This document shows, one piece after another, positions 29,095 to 38,321 of a stretch of 64,000 nucleotides of DNA. The position numbers were made by a program, and so were the translations under genes. Where the stretch lies: NCBI GenBank assembly GCA_964584225.1, contig CAZOZG010000002.1, positions 5,127 to 69,126 of the forward strand. The letters are read 5' to 3'. Position 1 is the stretch's first letter, and the number at the start of each line of letters is the position of its first letter. This DNA comes from an uncultured Candidatus Saccharibacteria bacterium (GTDB lineage Bacteria; Patescibacteriota; Minisyncoccia; Phycocordibacterales; UBA2100). The notes under the pieces are model-generated. The model was not told where the DNA came from, did no database searches, and saw only the letters and a program-made list of their open reading frames with translations.

Positions 29095-29852
29095 ACGTTA
29101 CGTGCGAGCGAATTCACGACGTTGTCTACGCGTAAGAGCTTCTGAATCTGAAGGCGCGTCAGCCAGATGTAGTCGTCTGTAATCGGCACGTTCTCATGTT
29201 CGTCGACTTCGACAATCATGGTGCGATTGATCTTTCGATAAAACCGTCCGCCATCTTCGACGCCGCTCACGGTCGTGAGGAGACGCCCCTTGCCGCCCTC
29301 TCTGAAATATTCCACGAGCCGGGGATTCTTCCCTCGATGCGCTCGAGAGAGGTTACCTTCTGAGACCTGCAGAGCCGGAGATATCTGGACGCGGTCTACA
29401 TTTCCCGGCTCGAATTTGGCATAAAACAAGTAGTGGGGGACGCCGCCGATTACCTTGCGTATAACGCCCGAAATCCCGACTTCGGTCTGCTTCACCATCG
29501 GTTGCGACCATGAGGGAACTTCCCGGTCAGCGGCTCCGGTAACCTCGACTCCAATAATTGAGAAGAATTTTCCGCTCTCGTGCGCAATGCAGCCGGTTTT
29601 CGGATCGATCTTCCAATGCTGCATGCCCGTAATATTTGTTTCCTCAACGCGCGCCGGATACTCCGTTTGCTTTTTTCTGAGCCATGCGAGTACGCCTTCA
29701 ACGTCTCCGGATTTTTCAGCGAGCGCAAGCTCTTCGACACGCTCTGCCGCAGCGGTGATTGCTCGCGTGACGGTAAAGCCGGCATTTCCCACCAGTTTCG
29801 CAATATGTTCCGCAATGCCCATAGGTATGTACAGATCGGAGGGTGATGTCAC
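29079..29852 (-). CDS. NDP-hexose 2,3-dehydratase (single domain)
   Basis: H.SGKFFSI.G, W.QP...Q.E.G, AK.EPGN, Q.SP..Q, EDGGRFY.K.NR, W.T..Q. Confidence 0.85.
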   Translation of the reverse strand: MTSPSDLYIPMGIAEHIAKLVGNAGFTVTRAITAAAERVEELALAEKSGDVEGVLAWLRKKQTEYPARVEETNITGMQHWKIDPKTGCIAHESGKFFSIIGVEVTGAADREVPSWSQPMVKQTEVGISGVIRKVIGGVPHYLFYAKFEPGNVDRVQISPALQVSEGNLSRAHRGKNPRLVEYFREGGKGRLLTTVSGVEDGGRFYRKINRTMIVEVDEHENVPITDDYIWLTRLQIQKLLRVDNVVNSLARNVCAVL

Positions 29853-30578
29853 TCACGCCGCGCGCTTTGCGACTTCATTTGAGACTCGTAAGAGCGCGTC
29901 AAACGTTCCCGCATCAGACCAGCCGCCCCGGACGACTGCAAAGGTGAGTTTCTTCTTTTTGATATAGACGTTGTTGACATCGGTGATTTCCAGCTCGCCC
30001 CGCGCTGACGGTTTCAGTGTTTTGATTATTGAGAAAACGTTGGAGTCAAAGATATAAAATCCTGTCTGCGCAAGTTCCGACCTCGGCTCTTTCGGCTTCT
30101 CTTCGATCGTGAGAATCCGCTTCCCCGAGGTATCAAAGACCGGCACACCGAAACCTATGGGATTGTGCATCTCCTTGAAAAAGACAAGTGCGCCTCCTTT
30201 GAATTTTTTAAGTTCCTTTTTGAAATCCTTTTCGAAAATGTTGTCACCGAGAATGACCGCAACGTTGTCATCCTTCACAAAATCCTCCGCGTATTTCAGT
30301 GCATCGGCAATGCCGCCATTGTTGGTATCTTGGAGTGCATAGGAGAGCTTGACCCCATACTCAGTGCCAGAGCCGAGAAAGTTCATAAAGTGACCTGCGT
30401 GTTCGCGCCCGCAGACAATCATGATATCGCGTACGCCAGATTTTCTGAGTGTCTCCATCGGGTAGATAATCATCGGCTTGTTGTACACCGGCAGGAGATG
30501 CTTATTAGTAATGCGCGTCAGCGGGCTAAGGCGTGTTCCAAGGCCGCCCGCGAGGATCACTCCTTTTGTCTCTCTCAT
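29853..30578 (-). CDS. rfbA: Glucose-1-phosphate thymidylyltransferase (short form)
   Basis: GVILAGG.GTRL.PLT...NKHLLPVY.KPMI.YP, EEKP, PSARGELEITD, W.DAGT. Confidence 0.93.
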   Translation of the reverse strand: MRETKGVILAGGLGTRLSPLTRITNKHLLPVYNKPMIIYPMETLRKSGVRDIMIVCGREHAGHFMNFLGSGTEYGVKLSYALQDTNNGGIADALKYAEDFVKDDNVAVILGDNIFEKDFKKELKKFKGGALVFFKEMHNPIGFGVPVFDTSGKRILTIEEKPKEPRSELAQTGFYIFDSNVFSIIKTLKPSARGELEITDVNNVYIKKKKLTFAVVRGGWSDAGTFDALLRVSNEVAKRAA

Positions 30579-31627
30579 ACCTTCGCGGAATGACCTTTCC
30601 ACAAATCGATGTGCGGATTAAAAACGCCTGTCCGCTGCCTGACGTTGTCTATCCAGGTGCGATGTGCGAGATACCACTCGATTGTGCTTTTAAAGGCCTC
30701 AGGAAACGAGTGCGAGGGTTTCCAACCGAGCTCACGCCGTATACGCGTGCTATCGATGGCATAACGACGATCGTGGCCCGGGCGATCCGGCACGTACTCA
30801 ATCCACGACTCATCGCGACCGAAGTGCGCAAGGATCATCGATGCGATGGTGCGATTATCCGTCTCATTGTCTGCACCGATGTTGTAGACCGCACCCGGCT
30901 TTCCCGCCATGAGGCAACGCAGGAGCGCATCACAATGATCTAAGACGTAAATCCAGTCGCGGACATGCTTCCCGTCACCGTACAGGGGCAATCGTTTACC
31001 TTCGAGCATGCGCACGATAAAAAACGGGATGAGTTTTTCCGGATACTGGTTTGGGCCGTAGTTGTTGGAACAATGGGTAACGACGACCGGCACACCCCAC
31101 GTCGCGTGAAATGCGCGACAGAGCAAATCGCCGCCGGCTTTTGTCGCAGCGTATGGCACATTCGGCTGGAACGCAGTACTTTCATGAAAGCGCTCTTTCC
31201 CCGTCAGGGGAAGCGTGCCGTATGTCTCGTCAGTCGAGACCTGCACGAATTTCGATACTCCAGACGCTTTGACTGCCTCGAGGAGGTGGTAGACGCCCTC
31301 GATGTTCGTTTTGATGAATTCGAGTGCGCCGACATGGATCGAGCGATCGACGTGCGTCTCCGCTGCAAAATTAATCACGTAGTGAGGTCGGAAATTCTCA
31401 AACACTCGTGTGACCGCCTCAGCATCCGCGACATCGCCGAGTACAAAGGTATACCGCGGGTCGTTCTCGATAGCAGTCAGATTTTCAAGATTTCCGGAAT
31501 AGGTGAGCCTGTCGAGATTGACGATGCGCACGTCACTGTGCTTACTAAGAATCGAGCAGATGAAATTTGACCCGATGAAGCCGGCGCCACCACACACCAA
31601 TACGGTTTTACCGTTTAGATCCGACAT
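30575..31627 (-). CDS. rfbB: dTDP-glucose 4,6-dehydratase
   Basis: GGAGFIGSNF, D.LTY.GN, AAETHVDRSI, STDE.YG, YAATK, SNNYGP.QYPEK, DRPGHDRRY. Confidence 0.96.
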   Translation of the reverse strand: MSDLNGKTVLVCGGAGFIGSNFICSILSKHSDVRIVNLDRLTYSGNLENLTAIENDPRYTFVLGDVADAEAVTRVFENFRPHYVINFAAETHVDRSIHVGALEFIKTNIEGVYHLLEAVKASGVSKFVQVSTDETYGTLPLTGKERFHESTAFQPNVPYAATKAGGDLLCRAFHATWGVPVVVTHCSNNYGPNQYPEKLIPFFIVRMLEGKRLPLYGDGKHVRDWIYVLDHCDALLRCLMAGKPGAVYNIGADNETDNRTIASMILAHFGRDESWIEYVPDRPGHDRRYAIDSTRIRRELGWKPSHSFPEAFKSTIEWYLAHRTWIDNVRQRTGVFNPHIDLWKGHSAKV

Positions 31628-31660
31628 AGTGATACCGACAGTAAAGCCTAGAACGAGCGA

Positions 31661-32653
31661 CTAGGCAACCGTCTGCTCTCCCATCGAAAGAAGCGATTCT
31701 TCTAATCGACGAAATGTGTCTGCGATGCCTTCCCGTTTCCACGTGTTACGTATGTGGACGGCAAATGGATCACCCTGCCACATATATTCCTCCATCTTGT
31801 CCGCATAAAAATCATAGTAGCCGTTCTCTGCGAAACCCGTTGACGAGAAGTACCCGTTCCGCTTCGGCATCAGTGAGAATCGCTCCGGAAGGCACGCGTC
31901 TATCACTTTATTGATATATCGCCCCTGATCCGCGCTCTTCCAGACGGGTTGCAATAATTCAATGGGCATCTGAGATTCCTTCAGCAGTTGTGCCACGCGA
32001 TAGCCGACATCGCGGGAACTCCCCATGCGCCATCGCTCTTTCATGCTCCACACAGACCGAGCAAAAAAAGAATCACCTCTTGTTTTCTTCACCGGGAACT
32101 CGCCACGCGGATTTGTCGCGCGATGCGTTGCCGTGAAAGGATAGGCGGGGTGAAAATTAAGTTCCATCGCCGGGACGCGTGTTGTGTCGACGAATAAACA
32201 CGTGTGAGTCGGGTAGTATCGTACTTTCTTTGAGTACTGGGGATGCCACGGCGCCCCGAACGCCGCGAGCTCCTGGCGACGCATGTGTGATACAATTTCG
32301 AGCGCCCAATTCGGACGAATGATAAAAAAGTCTGCATCCAAGAACATAATGAACCGGGTTCGGCATTGCGGGAGCAGACTATTGAGGGCAGATGATGCGT
32401 GAAATGGATACACGATGGGCTTCGCATATATCTTTTCGAATTCCGAAATCTCAAAACCTTGAAATATCTCTATGTCTCCGTCGGGAGGAGAGACCTTTTT
32501 CTCGCGCGGTGAGTTGTCGATGACAATCCAGCGAAGCGCGGCGTCTTCGTTGAGCTTTCGCGTGAGTCGCCAATTCATCGACAGTAAGTCGCTCGTCTCT
32601 TTGCGATGATATACCGAACAAATGGTCAGGTCGGGCATAGGAAATGTGTTCAC
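31661..32653 (-). CDS. Hypothetical GT-A-like protein
   Basis: W..IDNS, H...L, FLDADF (DxD) pattern; translationally coupled to the flippase gene. Confidence 0.6.
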   Translation of the reverse strand: MNTFPMPDLTICSVYHRKETSDLLSMNWRLTRKLNEDAALRWIVIDNSPREKKVSPPDGDIEIFQGFEISEFEKIYAKPIVYPFHASSALNSLLPQCRTRFIMFLDADFFIIRPNWALEIVSHMRRQELAAFGAPWHPQYSKKVRYYPTHTCLFVDTTRVPAMELNFHPAYPFTATHRATNPRGEFPVKKTRGDSFFARSVWSMKERWRMGSSRDVGYRVAQLLKESQMPIELLQPVWKSADQGRYINKVIDACLPERFSLMPKRNGYFSSTGFAENGYYDFYADKMEEYMWQGDPFAVHIRNTWKREGIADTFRRLEESLLSMGEQTVA

Positions 32654-34020
32654 CGCCAGTGCTTTGGGATCAGCGGCGCGATGTAGGGTAAGCGGCCGGC
32701 GGCTTTGCGAATCAACATCCGTTCGTGCGGATCAAAGTCAAATAGTTCACTTACCGAAAGCGTAAATTCCGGTAGCACACCCTGAAGCCGCAGCGTCCGC
32801 TCGATCATACTCGCGAGTAGAATGAGCGTCGATCCGATACCGATGCCCGGCACGCCCCAGACGTACACCCCGAGCGCGGTCCCAATGACGGTAAATATAA
32901 TCTTCCACACCGTCGACCAAAAAAAGGCATACTGCGATTTGAGCGCGGCGAATGCGGGCGCGTAGACTGCCACGACCGCCGCCGGGAAAATACTCCACAT
33001 GAGTCCGAGCATGATCGGTACTGCCGGGCCGTACTTGGGGAAAATCAGTATCAAAATTGGCAAACCGACAAAGGTGGCCACGAGGAGCGGCACACACAGG
33101 ATGAGTTGCGCTTTCACCGCACTTTTCACATAGCGGATAAATTCGGTCGATTGATCGACATAGCGAGGCAGAAGAGGCGCAAGGACGCTGCCGAGCGGCA
33201 AAAAGGCGGTCACCTGACTATAAATCCCTTCAGCAAACGAAAAGAGGCCGACAGCTTCTGTGCCAAGAAAAAAACGGATAATCCAAATCTGAACCGTCGA
33301 GGCGAGCGTCCCCAGGTACGAATTGGCGACGCCCCACTTGCGATGATCTTGGAGCATGCGCCAAAACGCGTGCGGATCTTCGGCGTGCGAGCGACCGAAC
33401 ACGCGATACGCCGAAAGAGAGCGCGGCAAATACAAAAGCACGGTTACAAATTGTGAAATCACGATCGCATACAAAAGACCGTAGACGCCCATATCAAATG
33501 CGAAAAAGAGAAAACACAGCGCGACAAATTTTACGAACTCTTCGAGATTGGTGTAGAGCGCCTGGTCAAAATAGCGCAGCTCAATCGTGGCGAGCATAGT
33601 CGAAACGACGCGAAACGGCGTCACGAGAAGACTGAATGACGAAATCTTAATGAGCGTGCCAATCGCAGGGTTGCCCGCGAGCGCTGCGGCTCTGTCGGCA
33701 AAGAAAAAGAGTGCCGCCCATGCGACGATGCCCAGAAGCATATTGAGCGAGAGAAACTGCAAAAAAAGTGCTTTCATTTTTCCGAATTCGCCGCGAGTGC
33801 GCTCTGCGCCCATGTCCGCGATGATGACCGAATTGAGTCCAGGCAAAAGAAAAATGCTGATCGTGGAAATGACCGAAAGCACGAGTTGCGAGAGGCCGTA
33901 GTCGTAGACAGTCAGCGTCCGGAGGATGATGAAGACGTTGGCGAAGATGACGACTTTGGCGACGATAGTGCTCACGGTATTCCACGCGACACCGCGCCCC
34001 ACTGTGTTGACGATGCTCAT
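32650..34020 (-). CDS. wzx: Oligosaccharide flippase (Wzx/MOP)
   Basis: About 12-13 TM; R.L...DYGL, LG.EAVGLFS.A; start 34020 overlaps upstream stop. Confidence 0.8.
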   Translation of the reverse strand: MSIVNTVGRGVAWNTVSTIVAKVVIFANVFIILRTLTVYDYGLSQLVLSVISTISIFLLPGLNSVIIADMGAERTRGEFGKMKALFLQFLSLNMLLGIVAWAALFFFADRAAALAGNPAIGTLIKISSFSLLVTPFRVVSTMLATIELRYFDQALYTNLEEFVKFVALCFLFFAFDMGVYGLLYAIVISQFVTVLLYLPRSLSAYRVFGRSHAEDPHAFWRMLQDHRKWGVANSYLGTLASTVQIWIIRFFLGTEAVGLFSFAEGIYSQVTAFLPLGSVLAPLLPRYVDQSTEFIRYVKSAVKAQLILCVPLLVATFVGLPILILIFPKYGPAVPIMLGLMWSIFPAAVVAVYAPAFAALKSQYAFFWSTVWKIIFTVIGTALGVYVWGVPGIGIGSTLILLASMIERTLRLQGVLPEFTLSVSELFDFDPHERMLIRKAAGRLPYIAPLIPKHWR

Positions 34021-35162
34021 ACAGTTCGCTTGATAGTAGCAAGAATACGTGCGACCCGGGCGTCCCACGTGTATTTTTGCGAAAGCTCGCGCGCGCGCTT
34101 CGCGCGCGCGCTTTTCTCTGGACTCGTCAGTGCCTCCTCGATCCCACGCGCAAGTGCCGTCGGATCATCCGGTCGCACCAAAAAAGCAGATCGCTCATCG
34201 AGTACCTCGCGGACACTGGGTAAATCAGACGCCACGATCGGAATCCCAGAGGTCATGTATGAAAACAATTTCAGCGGCGACGTGTAACGCGCTGAAATAT
34301 CGAATCGACCGGAGTTAGGCAGAATAAGCACATCGGCGGCTGCTTGATTGTCAGCGAGCTCATGGTACGGTCGAATTCCGAAAAACTGCACGCGTGGATT
34401 CTTTGGCGCGAGCTTCGCGATTTGTTCTGGCTGGCCGCCGATGATTCCAACGACCACGTCTTCTGGCAAAAGTGTTACTGCACGCAATAGGACGTCGGTC
34501 CCCTTCCAGGCATCGATACGGCCGATATAGAGCGCGACATGTTTGTCGAGCGGCAGATTGAGCCGCGCGCGAGCCTTCGCGCGCGGCTCGGGATTGGCGA
34601 ACTCATTCAAATCCACCGCATCTGAAGCGACCGTTATTTTGTCAGCAGTGACACCCAGATGAACCAAATCATCCTTTAAACCCTGTGTGATCGCAACGAT
34701 TGTCGTTGCATGTGCGAGCGCTCGGAGAAGCAGTCGGTGCCAGCGCGGAATGTCATGCATCTCGATCACGACTCGATTTCTTTTAGGCGAACACAGAAAA
34801 AGCAGCGGATAATCGCGGCAGTAGATGATGTCGCCTGGTTTCGACACTTTAGAAAAAAACAAACTCACTACAAAAGAGAACACGTCGAATAGAAAAAGAA
34901 CGTACGGGAAAAATCGAGTCCGACTCCCCAGGTCAGGCATCGCGACTCGGCGAATACTAAATGTCGGTCGGATTTTGTAATAGTCAAAAGGATCTTGCCC
35001 CGCAAAGTTGCGCTTCCCCGGCACGACGAGCTCGACCGAAAGCCCTGCATTCGCAAATGCCGCGCACATATGCATTATCTGAAGCCCGTGCGCGCGGCCT
35101 GTCGGAATGCGCGCGGCAGAGATATACACGAGGCGTTTGGATGAGTTAGCGGTGTCTCCCAT
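34017..35162 (-). CDS. GT4 glycosyltransferase
   Basis: A...QI..MC.AFA, YIGR...WKG, SPLKLFSYM.SG.PIVASD. Confidence 0.9.
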   Translation of the reverse strand: MGDTANSSKRLVYISAARIPTGRAHGLQIMHMCAAFANAGLSVELVVPGKRNFAGQDPFDYYKIRPTFSIRRVAMPDLGSRTRFFPYVLFLFDVFSFVVSLFFSKVSKPGDIIYCRDYPLLFLCSPKRNRVVIEMHDIPRWHRLLLRALAHATTIVAITQGLKDDLVHLGVTADKITVASDAVDLNEFANPEPRAKARARLNLPLDKHVALYIGRIDAWKGTDVLLRAVTLLPEDVVVGIIGGQPEQIAKLAPKNPRVQFFGIRPYHELADNQAAADVLILPNSGRFDISARYTSPLKLFSYMTSGIPIVASDLPSVREVLDERSAFLVRPDDPTALARGIEEALTSPEKSARAKRARELSQKYTWDARVARILATIKRTV

Positions 35163-35952
35163 AGTCATCATCGAGCCGGACAATGTCGCGCTCGTCAAAA
35201 TCGCCATACGCGACCTCCACGATGATTCCCCCGCGCTTCGATGCGAGCCGATGCACCTGCTTTTTCTTCACACGAAACACCTCGCCTTTTTTGAGCGCTA
35301 CGGTACGCTCCCCCGAAGCCGCGTGGACAACGGCCGATGCATCGCCCTGCAGCAGGAGCCACCACTCTTCGCGGCGACGGTGATACTGTAAACTCAATCG
35401 CTTCCCAGGCTTGACGTAGATGGTCTTGAGGTTCCAGCCTTTGCCGCTGTCCCAGCCGTAGTATTCGCCCCACGGTCGCAACGTGCGCGAGGCGGGCTTG
35501 CGTGCTGCATGTATCATCCACGACGACGATTGCACCTTGCCTCCTGTCCCGACGTTGAACGCCATCTTGATGCCGTACTTTTTGCACACGGCCGCCTCCG
35601 CAATGTCACGCGTGTTCTTTCGATCGCCACCATTGGCAAAGACTGCAGGCTTGAGGCGCGCGAGCGCGCGGCCAACACCGAGATTTTTCCCGCCCGGCCT
35701 GTCGTCGGTCACGACAACTGCGTCGACGAACGAAAAAGCACCGATCAATTCCGCGCGCTCGCGCGCCGACATGAAGACAAACCCCTTTTTATCCTTGAGC
35801 CAATTGTCGTTGTTCAAAATGACGACCAGCCGATCGCCGAGCGTACGGGCCGCTTGAAACATGCGTACGTGTCCGATATGCAAGGGGTCAAAGCCCCCTG
35901 AGACAGCGACAACCATGGGGCGGTGTTTTCGTGTTCGCTTCAGTGTTGGCAT
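35146..35952 (-). CDS. HIGH-type cytidylyltransferase (TagD-like) fused to mannose-6-phosphate isomerase-like cupin
   Basis: SGGFDPLHIGH, FANGGDR, K.QSSS; RPWG.Y, LSLQYH..R.E.W, E.DIVRL.DDYGR. Confidence 0.88.
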   Translation of the reverse strand: MPTLKRTRKHRPMVVAVSGGFDPLHIGHVRMFQAARTLGDRLVVILNNDNWLKDKKGFVFMSARERAELIGAFSFVDAVVVTDDRPGGKNLGVGRALARLKPAVFANGGDRKNTRDIAEAAVCKKYGIKMAFNVGTGGKVQSSSWMIHAARKPASRTLRPWGEYYGWDSGKGWNLKTIYVKPGKRLSLQYHRRREEWWLLLQGDASAVVHAASGERTVALKKGEVFRVKKKQVHRLASKRGGIIVEVAYGDFDERDIVRLDDDYGRHR

Positions 35953-35953
35953 G

Positions 35954-36979
35954 CTAATTGAGCATTCGCATTGCCGTTTCGACGTCAGCGCGCACCATCA
36001 TGGCCACGAGCTTCTTAAAAGGGACCGTGGGCTCCCAGCCGAGTTTGCGACACGCTTTGGAATAATCGCCCCGGAGCGCGTGCACTTCCGCGGGGCGATA
36101 AAACTCTTTTGACACGCGGACGATGATTCGATTGCCTTTTGTGACGCCGACCTCCTTCAGTCCGCTGCCTTTCCAAGTGAGCGCAATACCAAGCTCTTCG
36201 CACGCAGCTTCGACAAATTCGCGCACTGAATGGCTTTCGTTGGTCGCTATAACGTAATCGTCGGCTTTCCTTTGCTGCAGCATCAAATGCATCGCGCGAA
36301 CGTAATCTCCCGCAAAGCCCCAGTCGCGGCGCGCATCCAGATTTCCAAGCGCAAAGCTCTCCTGAAGACCGAGCGCGACCTTGGCCAAAGAAACGGTTAT
36401 TTTGCGTGTAACGAAATGCTCCCCGCGGCGCGGCGATTCATGATTGAAAAGAATGCCGGAGGTAATGTGAACGCCTAAGCGTTCGCGATAGCCGACAACA
36501 AAATCCTGATGCGCTTTGAGCTTTGCCTCAGCGTACGGAGAGACAGGCTGGAAGGGAGAGTGTTCGTCTTGTGGCGGCTTTGTCTTCCCGAACATCTCAC
36601 TTGTCGATGCCTGATAGATGCGGACTTTGGGATTGATTTTTATCGCTTCATTGACGAGGCGCCCGACGCCGTAGTAGTTGATTTCCATTGTCTCTTCGGG
36701 GCATTTGAATGAAATGCCGACGTCTGAAAGTGCGGCAAGGTTGTAAATCTCATCCGGCCTCGCCTCTTTCAAGACGCGCGCGAGCGACGCGCCATCGCGT
36801 AGATTACCGTACCGCATTTGTATTGAGCGATCATCGGCGAGTTTGTGAATGCGCATCAAAGGATCAAGGCTCGTCCGACGCATGAGACCCCACACTTCGT
36901 AGCCCTTGCCGACCAAATACTCGGCAAGATAAGAGCCATCCTGGCCGGTAACGCCTGTGATGAGCGCGCGTTTTTTCAT
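35954..36979 (-). CDS. gmd: GDP-mannose 4,6-dehydratase
   Basis: ITGVTGQDGSYLAE, YQASTSEMFG, GILFNHESPRRG..FVTRKIT, RDWG. Confidence 0.96.
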   Translation of the reverse strand: MKKRALITGVTGQDGSYLAEYLVGKGYEVWGLMRRTSLDPLMRIHKLADDRSIQMRYGNLRDGASLARVLKEARPDEIYNLAALSDVGISFKCPEETMEINYYGVGRLVNEAIKINPKVRIYQASTSEMFGKTKPPQDEHSPFQPVSPYAEAKLKAHQDFVVGYRERLGVHITSGILFNHESPRRGEHFVTRKITVSLAKVALGLQESFALGNLDARRDWGFAGDYVRAMHLMLQQRKADDYVIATNESHSVREFVEAACEELGIALTWKGSGLKEVGVTKGNRIIVRVSKEFYRPAEVHALRGDYSKACRKLGWEPTVPFKKLVAMMVRADVETAMRMLN

Positions 36980-37058
36980 ATCGACCCACTATACCCTCTC
37001 GCGTGCGTTTCGAAAAGAGCCTGTATTTGAGCGCTTATACATGCTATGCTAGCCCGTC

Positions 37059-38321
37059 ATGGCAAGAATTATTGAACGAACAACCTGCCGAATATCGGGA
37101 GAAACGCTGAAACCGCTTTTTTCGCTCGGCGACATCTACATTTCTGACTTTTTGCCCACAGAGGCGAAGCCGCGCAGCCCGAAAGTGCCGCTCGAGCTGA
37201 TGCTCGCGCCGAAATCCGGCCTCGTGCAGCTCAAACACACCGCGCCCTCAGAGGACATGTACAAAGTCTACTGGTATCGCTCCGGCACCAACGAATCGAT
37301 GGTGGCGGAATTGAAAGACATCGCGGAGTCGGTGTCGCGCCACATGCGCCTCGGAAAAGGCAGCATCTGGATTGATGTCGGCTGTAACGACGGCACGCTC
37401 CTTTCGTTTCTTTCAAAAGACATCACCCGCATCGGCTACGATCCGAACGACTACAAGAAGTTTTCGTCTCCGCACGCAGACCTCATCGTGAACGATTATT
37501 TCAATGCGAAGGCGTTTCGCGCCTCGAAATACGGAAAGAAAAAAGCGAAGGTCATCACGTCGATCGCAATGTTCTACGATCTCGAGGATCCGCACGCGTT
37601 TGCGAAGGATGTATACGACATTTTGGATGCTGACGGTATGTGGGTCATTCAAATGAGCTATTTGCCGCTCATGCTCACACAACTCGCGTTTGATAATATC
37701 TGTCACGAACATCTCGAATACTACAGTTTGACTGCGCTGAAGTATCTTTTGGACCAACACCGTTTTAAAATCGTCGACTGTCAGCTCAACGACATCAACG
37801 GCGGCAGTTTTCGCATCCATATCCAAAAGAAATCAGCGGCGGCAGATTCCTTCGCGACTGCCCCGTATCGAGACGTCGCGGCCTATCGAGTCGATGCATT
37901 GCTCGAATATGAAAAAAAACTTCGGCTCAACGACCCGAAGACATACAAAGATTTTTATAAACGCTGCCTTAAGTTGCGAGAGCAAACACTACGTTTTTTA
38001 AAAGCAGAAAAAAAGAAAGGTAAGAAAATCTGGGCATACGGCGCCTCGACCAAAGGCAATACGCTCTTGCAGTGGTGGGGCATCGACAGCTCTCTCGTCG
38101 ATGGCATCGCTGAGCGCTCCGAAGCGAAATTCGGACTGAAGACAGTCGGTTCGAACATTCCAATTTCTTCCGAAGCGAAGATGCGAAAGGCAAAACCCGA
38201 TTATCTCTTGGTGCTCCCATGGCATTTCATCGAGTCATTTGTCCGCCGTGAACAAGAATTTCTGAAACGTGGCGGGAGATTCATTGTCCCCTGCCCCCAC
38301 TTTGAGGTCATCCCTGGCTAG
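37059..38321 (+). CDS. NDP-hexose C-methyltransferase family
   Basis: YWYRSG.N..M, DVGCNDGTLL, AMFYDL, FDNICHEHLEYYS, YGASTKGNTLLQ, LPWHF. Confidence 0.9.
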   Translation: MARIIERTTCRISGETLKPLFSLGDIYISDFLPTEAKPRSPKVPLELMLAPKSGLVQLKHTAPSEDMYKVYWYRSGTNESMVAELKDIAESVSRHMRLGKGSIWIDVGCNDGTLLSFLSKDITRIGYDPNDYKKFSSPHADLIVNDYFNAKAFRASKYGKKKAKVITSIAMFYDLEDPHAFAKDVYDILDADGMWVIQMSYLPLMLTQLAFDNICHEHLEYYSLTALKYLLDQHRFKIVDCQLNDINGGSFRIHIQKKSAAADSFATAPYRDVAAYRVDALLEYEKKLRLNDPKTYKDFYKRCLKLREQTLRFLKAEKKKGKKIWAYGASTKGNTLLQWWGIDSSLVDGIAERSEAKFGLKTVGSNIPISSEAKMRKAKPDYLLVLPWHFIESFVRREQEFLKRGGRFIVPCPHFEVIPG

